From Eubacteriales bacterium (GTDB taxonomy: Bacteria > Bacillota > Clostridia > Oscillospirales > CAG-272): 64,000 nucleotides of DNA. The translations under genes were made by a program, and so were the position numbers. Of this stretch, positions 45,402 through 51,382 are shown one piece after another. The notes under the pieces are model-generated. The model worked only from the letters and a program-made list of their open reading frames with translations, was not told the DNA's origin and searched no databases. Every line of letters begins with the position of its first letter. Positions within the stretch are counted from its first letter, which is position 1. The stretch covers positions 12,152 through 76,151 of the forward strand of contig JAZRIQ010000044.1 in assembly GCA_045645405.1 (NCBI GenBank), given 5' to 3'.

Positions 45402-46175
45402 ATGAAAAAATTTTTAGTTTTACTTTTAGTTTTCGTTTTGATGTTTACTCTTGTTTCCTGTATGGGTGAGCAAGGTCCACAGGGCGAAAAGGGAGATAAG
45501 GGAGACCAAGGTATTCAAGGTGAGCAAGGTCTCCAAGGCGTACAGGGTGTACAAGGATCTCAGGGTGTACAAGGCGTTCAAGGTGAGCAAGGTCCACAGG
45601 GTGATAAGGGCGAGGACGGCAGAGGTATTCTAAAGACAGAAGTAATTGACGGTTGCCTTTGGATTACATATACCGACGCACCAAACACTCCAGTAAATGT
45701 AGGAAAGATACTTGAGGAAAGCAGTGACCTTGATTACTATCCTCTTGATGACGGCACATATGCTGTTGCCTGTGGAAATTCCAAGTATTTAAGCACTATT
45801 ATAATACCGGAAAAGCACAATGGAAAACCCGTATCTACCATATTAGAAAACGGTTTTAAGGATTGTCCAAGTCTTAAAAGTATAACGATTCCAAGTAGCG
45901 TTACAAGTATTGGTGACGATGCGTTTTACGGTTGTTCAAGTCTTACAAGCGTTGAAATACCAAGTAGCGTTACAAGTATTGGTCAATATGCGTTTAGTGG
46001 GTGTTCAAGTCTTACAAGCATTGTAATTCCAAATAGCGTTACATCTATTGGTTTCGGTGCGTTTGGATATTGTTCAAGCTTGACTATTTACTGTGAAGCC
46101 ACAAGCAAGCCAAGTGGATGGAATTATAGCTGGAATTATTCTAATCGTCCCGTTCAGTGGGGTTATACTGAATAA
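45402..46175 (+). CDS. Lipoprotein with a collagen-like Gly-X-Y tract and a BspA-type LRR C-terminal domain
   Basis: 257 aa. The signal peptide carries lipobox LVSC. Eighteen uninterrupted GXY triplets (GEQGPQGEKGDKGDQ...GEDGRG) occupy 45465-45626. LRR_5 repeats follow (IPSSVTSIG..AF.GCSSLTS). The C-terminus reads IYCEATSKPSGWNYSWNYSNRPVQWGY. Confidence 0.75.
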   Translation: MKKFLVLLLVFVLMFTLVSCMGEQGPQGEKGDKGDQGIQGEQGLQGVQGVQGSQGVQGVQGEQGPQGDKGEDGRGILKTEVIDGCLWITYTDAPNTPVNVGKILEESSDLDYYPLDDGTYAVACGNSKYLSTIIIPEKHNGKPVSTILENGFKDCPSLKSITIPSSVTSIGDDAFYGCSSLTSVEIPSSVTSIGQYAFSGCSSLTSIVIPNSVTSIGFGAFGYCSSLTIYCEATSKPSGWNYSWNYSNRPVQWGYTE

Positions 46176-46190
46176 TTTTGATTAAAAGCA

Positions 46191-46222
46191 AAACACACTC
46201 TCTTATGAGGGTGTGTTTTCTT
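46191..46222 (+). terminator. Terminator after the collagen-like LRR gene
   Basis: Stem AAACACACTC / GAGgGTGTGTTT, followed by TTCTTTGCTTTT. Confidence 0.55.
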
Positions 46223-46240
46223 TGCTTTTCACGGACAAGC

Positions 46241-46356
46241 CACTAATCACGATGTTGCCGTTGGCAAATGAAGTTGAGCTACGCTCAAATGAAGTTGTCC
46301 TTTCGGACAAATGAAGTCGCTACGCGAATGATGTTGAGGCTACGCCTCAAATGGGA
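46241..46356 (+). repeat. Array of five about 21-nt hairpin-plus-linker units
   Basis: Opens with CACTAATCACG. The hairpins are TTGCC-gtt-GGCAA, TGAGC-tac-GCTCA, TGTCC-tttc-GGACA, CGC-tac-GCG and TGAGGC-tac-GCCTCA. Linkers are ATGAAGT or AATGAAGT (three times), AATGATGT (once), then a terminal AATGGGA. Confidence 0.8.
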
Positions 46357-46445
46357 CACGCACCCCGTTCCCTGTCGCCGTCGTTTCTTCTGGCGGGATG
46401 CCGAGGGCGCCATCCCCTACGGGTTTGTGCGTTTATGTATCCCGC

Positions 46446-46476
46446 TAACTGCTAACTGCTGGCGGCTGACGGCTAA
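46446..46476 (+). repeat. 3'-type heptamer arm (copy E)
   Basis: Reads TAACTGC TAACTGC TGGCGGC TGACGGC TAA. Confidence 0.75.
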
Positions 46477-46480
46477 AATA

Positions 46481-46502
46481 AAAAAGCACCGAAGTGCTTT
46501 TT
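46481..46502 (-). terminator. Terminator of the pyr operon
   Basis: Stem AAAAAGCAC-cgaa-GTGCTTTTT directly after the pyrI stop. A T-run follows on the minus strand. Confidence 0.75.
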
Positions 46503-46919
46503 TTATTTTGCTTTTGTTTCGCAGTATAGGCATCTATACACGCGGTTTTCTCTGTCGGTGAGCTTGAAGATATGTGGAAGCTCCTGCTCACAGGAGGAGA
46601 TACAGCGTGGGTTTTTGCAGGATATAACGTTTTTAAGCATTTCGGGCAAGCTGGCGTGCTTCTTTTCTACGATTTCGCCGTTTTTAATGATGTTTACTGT
46701 AACGTCCGGGTCAATGTAGCCTAAAATATCAAAATTAAGCTCAATGTCAGCATCAATTTTGATTATATCCTTTTTGCCAAGGCGGTTGCTTGGCGCATTT
46801 TTGATAATTGCAATAGGACAATCAAGCTCATCAAGCTTTAAAAGTCCTACGATTTCCATAGCCTTGCCTGCGGTAATATGGTCGATTACAAGACCGTTTT
46901 TGATTGCATCTACTCTCAT
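46503..46919 (-). CDS. pyrI: Aspartate carbamoyltransferase regulatory subunit
   Basis: 138 aa. N-terminus MRVDAIKNGLVIDHI. The C-terminal zinc motif is CKNPRCIS...YRCLYC. Confidence 0.88.
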   Translation of the reverse strand: MRVDAIKNGLVIDHITAGKAMEIVGLLKLDELDCPIAIIKNAPSNRLGKKDIIKIDADIELNFDILGYIDPDVTVNIIKNGEIVEKKHASLPEMLKNVISCKNPRCISSCEQELPHIFKLTDRENRVYRCLYCETKAK

Positions 46920-46930
46920 AATCTTCCTCC

Positions 46931-47845
46931 TTATTTGATGCCAAGGAGCTTTAAAATAAGCGCCATACGCATATATTTTCCGTTTAATGCCTGCTCAAAA
47001 TAGCATGCTCTTGGGTCGTCGTCAACGCTTACGCTGATTTCGTTTACTCTTGGGAGTGGATGCATAATGCAAAGGTCGTCCTTTGCATTTGTAAGCTTTG
47101 ACGGTGTTAAGATATAGCTATCCTTTAAGCGTAGGTAGTCCTCCTCGTTGAAGAATCTTTCCTTTTGTACTCTTGTCATATAAAGAATATCAAGAGATGG
47201 CATTGCTCCAACTAAATCGGTTGTTTCTACGTATTCAATACCGTTTTTGTCAAGAACGTCTGTCTTAACGTAGCCCGGTATTTTAAGCTCATCCGGAGAG
47301 ATAAGCACGAACTTGATATTAGCGTATCTTGACATTGCGGCAATAAGAGAGTGTACGGTTCTTCCGAACTTTAAGTCGCCGCAAAGACCGATTGTCAAAT
47401 TGTCAAATCTTCCCTTCTTACGCTTGATTGTAAGTAAGTCTGCAAGAGTTTGTGTTGGGTGGTTATGTCCGCCGTCACCTGCATTTACAACAGGGATTGT
47501 GGCATTCATAGCAGCAACAAGTGGCGCACCCTCCTTAGGATGGCGCATAGCCATAATATCTGCATAGCAGGATATCATTTTAGCAGTATCCGCAACGCTC
47601 TCTCCCTTTGCAGAGCTTGAGCTTGAAGCCTCCGAAAAGCCTAAAACGTTACCGCCAAGCTCATACATAGCCGCCTCAAAGCTTAAGCGTGTTCTTGTTG
47701 ACGGTTCAAAAAATAGCGTTGCTAATTTCTTACCGCGACACTTTTCGCTGTACTTTGATGGATTTGCAATTATATCAAGTGCGGTTTCGGTAAGCTCATC
47801 AAGCTCCTCTAATGAAAGCTCCTTAATATCAATTAAACTTCTCAT
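46931..47845 (-). CDS. pyrB: Aspartate carbamoyltransferase catalytic subunit
   Basis: 304 aa. Motifs [17 protein letters not shown] and HPLPR. Confidence 0.92.
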   Translation of the reverse strand: MRSLIDIKELSLEELDELTETALDIIANPSKYSEKCRGKKLATLFFEPSTRTRLSFEAAMYELGGNVLGFSEASSSSSAKGESVADTAKMISCYADIMAMRHPKEGAPLVAAMNATIPVVNAGDGGHNHPTQTLADLLTIKRKKGRFDNLTIGLCGDLKFGRTVHSLIAAMSRYANIKFVLISPDELKIPGYVKTDVLDKNGIEYVETTDLVGAMPSLDILYMTRVQKERFFNEEDYLRLKDSYILTPSKLTNAKDDLCIMHPLPRVNEISVSVDDDPRACYFEQALNGKYMRMALILKLLGIK

Positions 47846-47850
47846 AAATT

Positions 47851-47869
47851 CCTTTCGCTTTGCGGAAGG
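47851..47869 (-). promoter_or_regulatory. Hairpin overlapping the pyrB ribosome-binding site
   Basis: The minus-strand RNA reads CCUUCCGC-aaa-GCGAAAGG-AAUUU-AUG. The 3' half of the 8-bp stem carries the only SD-like sequence (GAAAGGA). Confidence 0.45.
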
Positions 47870-47872
47870 ATA

Positions 47873-48018
47873 GTGGTCAGTGGTCAGTGGTCAGTGGTCA
47901 GCAGTTAGCTTATCACCATACTCACTACAACACCTACACTTTCTTTCGCTTTTATATTTTGTAGTTTACTTCAATAATCTAATCGTCTAGCCACTGATCA
48001 CTGACCACTGACCACTAA
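47873..48018 (-). repeat. Complete heptamer-armed palindromic element (copy F), pyrE-pyrB gap
   Basis: On the plus strand: GTGGTCA four times plus GCAGTTA, then a 65-nt core, then AATCTAATC GTC TAGCCAC TGATCAC TGACCAC TGACCAC TAA. Polarity follows the minus-strand mRNA. Confidence 0.88.
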
Positions 48019-48028
48019 TTTACGGTGC

Positions 48029-48679
48029 TTACGCTCCGTAAACCTCACGATACTTCTTAATTCTTGCAACGTTTTCAGCGTTTGCCGGGTCCTCTTCAAG
48101 GTACTCGATAATGTCGTAAACGTCAACAACTGAGTAAACAGGGAAGCCGAATTCCTCTTCAAGCTCAACCATTGCGCCCTTTTCGCCCTGACCCTTTTCC
48201 TTACGGTCAACCATTACGAAGCAAGCCGCAACCTTTACGCCATCAAGTCCCTTCATAATTTCCATTGTTTCACGAATAGCTGTTCCCGCTGTGATAACGT
48301 CCTCAACGATTACAACCTCCTCGCCTGATTGTGGCTTGTAGCCTACGAATACACCACCCTCGCCGTGGTCCTTAGCTTCCTTTCTGTTAAAGAAGAATGG
48401 CACGTCAAGACCGTTCTTTGAAAGTGCGATTGATGATGAAACTGCAATTGAAATACCTTTGTATGCAGGGCCAAACAATGCAGTACGCTTGTTACCTACC
48501 TTGTCAAGGTATGCCTTAGCATAGAATTCGCCAAGCTTAGCAATATGCTCGCCTGTCTTAATTTCGCCTGCGTTAATGAAATATGGGATTTTTCTACCGC
48601 TCTTTGCAGTAAAATCACCAAACTTTAATACACCTGCGCTTTGTAAAAACTGTATAAATTCTCTTTTGTATTGTTCCAT
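48029..48679 (-). CDS. pyrE: Orotate phosphoribosyltransferase
   Basis: 216 aa. Contains FGDFTAKSGRKIPYFIN and the PRPP loop VVIVEDVITAGTA. Confidence 0.9.
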   Translation of the reverse strand: MEQYKREFIQFLQSAGVLKFGDFTAKSGRKIPYFINAGEIKTGEHIAKLGEFYAKAYLDKVGNKRTALFGPAYKGISIAVSSSIALSKNGLDVPFFFNRKEAKDHGEGGVFVGYKPQSGEEVVIVEDVITAGTAIRETMEIMKGLDGVKVAACFVMVDRKEKGQGEKGAMVELEEEFGFPVYSVVDVYDIIEYLEEDPANAENVARIKKYREVYGA

Positions 48680-48691
48680 GATATTTCACAA

Positions 48692-48855
48692 GTGGTCAGT
48701 GTTCAGTGATCAGTGGTCAGCAATTTGCTTTTTGCCCACTTACAATAAACACACACTTACTCCTATTTAATATTTTCTTTTATTTCGATATAATCGTTAG
48801 TCTAGCCATCTGATCACTGACCACTGACGGCTGACCGCTGACGGCTGACCGCTGA
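48692..48855 (-). repeat. Complete heptamer-armed palindromic element (copy G), pyrF-pyrE gap
   Basis: On the plus strand: GTGGTCA GTGTTCA GTGATCA GTGGTCA GCAATTTGC, then the core, then TAATCGTTAG TC TAGCCATC TGATCAC TGACCAC TGACGGC TGACCGC TGACGGC TGACCGC TGA. Confidence 0.88.
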
Positions 48856-48863
48856 TGAATTCG

Positions 48864-49562
48864 TTATCCAACGAATTCAGCTACACAGCGTCTGTACGCC
48901 GCAACAGGGTCGCTAGCGCCTGTAATTGGTCTGCCTACTACGATATAGTCGCTTCCGATTTTCTTTGCCTCGGCAGGGGTCATAACACGAACTTGGTCGC
49001 CCTTATCGCCGTCTGCAAATCTAACGCCGGGAGTTACTGTTACGAAGTCCTTACCGCATACGCTATGAACCTTTTCTGCTTCAAGCGGTGAGCAAACGAT
49101 ACCTGCAAGACCTGCCTTTTTAGCGTTTGACGCGTAGTGCATTACAACCTTGTCCATTGGCTCGTTAATAAGAAGGTCATCTCTCATTCTTTCCTCACTT
49201 GTTGAGGTTAATTGAGTTACTGCAATAAGAAGCGGGCATGTGCCGTCCTCGCGTGTTAATCCCTCTAAAGCTGCTTCCATCATAGCGATTGTACCTGATG
49301 CGTGAACGTTTGTCATATCAACGTCAAGACGTGAAAGCACCGCCATTGCTTTTTTAACTGTATTCGGAATGTCGTGTAGCTTCAAATCAAGGAATATTTT
49401 ATGTCCTCTGCGCTTTATTTCTCTTACGATTTCCGGTCCTTCAGCGTTGAAAAGCTCCATACCGATTTTTACAAAGGGCTTTTCCTCCTGAAACTTATCA
49501 AGAAAACTGAAAACCTGCTCCTTGCTTGCAAAATCACAAGCGATAATTACGTCCTTTCCCAT
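48864..49562 (-). CDS. pyrF: Orotidine-5'-phosphate decarboxylase
   Basis: 232 aa. Motifs [12 protein letters not shown] and VVGRPIT. Confidence 0.9.
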   Translation of the reverse strand: MGKDVIIACDFASKEQVFSFLDKFQEEKPFVKIGMELFNAEGPEIVREIKRRGHKIFLDLKLHDIPNTVKKAMAVLSRLDVDMTNVHASGTIAMMEAALEGLTREDGTCPLLIAVTQLTSTSEERMRDDLLINEPMDKVVMHYASNAKKAGLAGIVCSPLEAEKVHSVCGKDFVTVTPGVRFADGDKGDQVRVMTPAEAKKIGSDYIVVGRPITGASDPVAAYRRCVAEFVG

Positions 49563-50482
49563 TAGTGTGCTTCTCCTATAATATCCTTCAAATTTTTAAT
49601 ACCGTATTTTTCCATTACCCTTGGTAAGTCCTCAATGATTTTTGGACAAGCCATTGGGTCAACTAAGTTATGTGCGCCAATTTCAACCGCACTTGCGCCT
49701 GCAAGCATCATTTCAATTACGTCCTCGGCACAGGAAATTCCGCCGCCGCCAACGATTGGAATATTAACAGCCTCGTAAACCTGATATACCATTCTTATTG
49801 CCACAGGCTTAATGGCAGGACCTGAAAAGCCGCCCATTTTATTTGCCACAACCGGCTTCTTGCTCTTTAAATCTATTTTCATACCGAGTAAGGTGTTTAT
49901 AAGGCTTATACCGTCTGCTCCGTTTTCCTCGCAAGCCTTGGCAATTGTAACTATATCCGTTACGTTTGGCGAAAGCTTAATGATTACAGGCTTATTTGTA
50001 ACTGCCTTAACTGCCCTCGTTACCGCGCCCGCATTTTCGGGAGATACACCGAAGCTCATTCCACCACCGTGTACGTTAGGGCAGGATATGTTGATTTCAA
50101 ACCAACCGATAATATCCTCTTTATCTAATTTTTTAACTGTTTCAACGTATTCCTCAATGGAAAATCCGCTTACGTTTGCCATTACCTTCTTATTAAAGCA
50201 GGCTTTAAGCTTAGGAAGCTCCTCTGAAATTACCTTATCAACACCCGGATTTTGAAGTCCTACGGAGTTAATCATACCTCTTTCGCACTCTGCAATTCTC
50301 GGTGTGGGATTACCGAAGCGCGGATTTAACGTTGTTCCCTTAAACGAAAATGAGCCAAGACAGTTAATGTCGTATATTTCATTGAATTCGTAGCCGAAGC
50401 CAAAGGTGCCGCTGGCAGGAATCAAGGGATTATCAAGCTCAATACCGCAAAGCTCGGTTTTTAAAGCGTCATTCTTTACCAT
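49562..50482 (-). CDS. pyrD: Dihydroorotate dehydrogenase B, catalytic subunit
   Basis: 306 aa. Motifs [20 protein letters not shown] and GGGGI. Confidence 0.9.
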   Translation of the reverse strand: MVKNDALKTELCGIELDNPLIPASGTFGFGYEFNEIYDINCLGSFSFKGTTLNPRFGNPTPRIAECERGMINSVGLQNPGVDKVISEELPKLKACFNKKVMANVSGFSIEEYVETVKKLDKEDIIGWFEINISCPNVHGGGMSFGVSPENAGAVTRAVKAVTNKPVIIKLSPNVTDIVTIAKACEENGADGISLINTLLGMKIDLKSKKPVVANKMGGFSGPAIKPVAIRMVYQVYEAVNIPIVGGGGISCAEDVIEMMLAGASAVEIGAHNLVDPMACPKIIEDLPRVMEKYGIKNLKDIIGEAH

Positions 50483-51204
50483 ATAATCTCCTCCTTCACC
50501 AAAACAGGTCCGTCCTTACAAATTCTCTTGTTTCCGTATTTGGTTTTGCAGGAGCAGCCCATACACGCGCCAAAGCCACAGCCCATTCTTTCCTCAAAGG
50601 AGAATTGACCGCTTGTTTTAGTGTTATTGTAAACCGCCTTAAGCATTGGCTCAGGTCCGCAGGTGTAAAAATATGTATAATCTACCATTTCAAAGGCGTT
50701 TGTTACAAAGCCCTTTACACCGTAGCTTCCGTCTGCGGTTGTCACAAATACGTTTGCTCCCAGCTTTTTAAATTCGTCCTCGTAAAAGACCTCGTCCTTT
50801 GAGTTGAAGCCCAAAATTACGCTTGGCTTTTTGCCCTCTCTTACAAGCTCACGGCAAAGCTGATACATAGGTGGAACACCTGCGCCGCCGCCTATTAAGA
50901 GTGGCTTTTCTCCGCTTAAAGAAATATCGTAGCCGTTACCAAGACCCGTTAAAACTAAAAGCTCTGTGTCCTTACCCATTTTAGCCATAGCCTCAGTGCC
51001 TTGCCCTACTACCTTGTATATAAGAGTTAAACTGCTACCGTCAACGCTACATACTGAGATAGGACGGCGTAAATAAAAGCCGTCAAGCTTTATATTTACA
51101 AACTGTCCGCACTTAATATCGGTGCAATCTCCCAAAAGCACCATTTCATAGGTGTTTTTAGCAATTTCCTTGTTTGTTAAAATCTTAAAAACTAAATCCT
51201 TCAT
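50476..51204 (-). CDS. pyrK: Dihydroorotate dehydrogenase B, electron-transfer (FAD/2Fe-2S) subunit
   Basis: 242 aa. Contains RRPISV and the C-terminal CGFGACMGCSC cluster motif. Confidence 0.88.
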   Translation of the reverse strand: MKDLVFKILTNKEIAKNTYEMVLLGDCTDIKCGQFVNIKLDGFYLRRPISVCSVDGSSLTLIYKVVGQGTEAMAKMGKDTELLVLTGLGNGYDISLSGEKPLLIGGGAGVPPMYQLCRELVREGKKPSVILGFNSKDEVFYEDEFKKLGANVFVTTADGSYGVKGFVTNAFEMVDYTYFYTCGPEPMLKAVYNNTKTSGQFSFEERMGCGFGACMGCSCKTKYGNKRICKDGPVLVKEEIIW

Positions 51205-51231
51205 TATTTACCTCGCTTTGCTCGGTTTTTA

Positions 51232-51357
51232 GCTGTTAGACGTTAGCCGCCAGCGGTCAGCAAAATTAGCAAATGCATTACTTTTAACGAATAGTACCGT
51301 ACGTAATGCAATCAATAATCAAATCTCGCTAACTGCTGACTGCTAATTGCTAACTGC
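51232..51357 (-). repeat. Complete heptamer-armed palindromic element (copy H), carB-pyrK gap
   Basis: On the plus strand: GCTGTTA GACGTTA GCCGCCA GCGGTCA GCAAAATTAGC. The core contains the GCATTAC...GTAATGC hairpin. Then CAATAATCAAATCTCGC TAACTGC TGACTGC TAATTGC TAACTGC. Confidence 0.88.
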
Positions 51358-51360
51358 TAT

Positions 51361-51381
51361 CGAAAGCGGAAACCGCTTTCG
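51361..51381 (-). other. Perfect 9-bp hairpin directly after the carB stop
   Basis: Reads CGAAAGCGG-aaa-CCGCTTTCG. No U-tract follows on the minus strand, so it is not a canonical terminator. Confidence 0.5.
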
Positions 51382-51382
51382 G

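Noticed and set aside
46241-46356. Hairpin-unit arrays considered as a CRISPR array
   Set aside because: The units are only about 21 nt and have no unique spacers between them. It is the stems that vary rather than the spacers. No cas genes are in the window, and each array has only 4-5 units.
46268-46561. 97-aa plus-strand ORF (MKLSYAQMKLSFRTNEVATRMM...)
   Set aside because: It is generated by the repeated ATG-containing linkers of the hairpin array. It then runs through a heptamer arm and the pyrI terminator. It has no SD, and its repeats reflect the DNA repeat rather than protein features.
47873-48018. Heptamer-armed elements considered as integron attC sites or as IS/MITE terminal inverted repeats
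   Set aside because: No integrase or transposase is in the window. I could not identify target-site duplications. The arms are internally periodic rather than unique TIRs. The elements sit inside a housekeeping operon. A MITE-like origin cannot be excluded, so this is kept only as a hypothesis for the D/E and I/J pairs.
48856-48879. Palindrome GAATTCGTT-atcc-AACGAATTC at the pyrF stop, considered as a terminator
   Set aside because: It overlaps the last pyrF codons and is not followed by a U-tract on the mRNA strand. It is noted only as one of the hairpins that flank the repeat elements.
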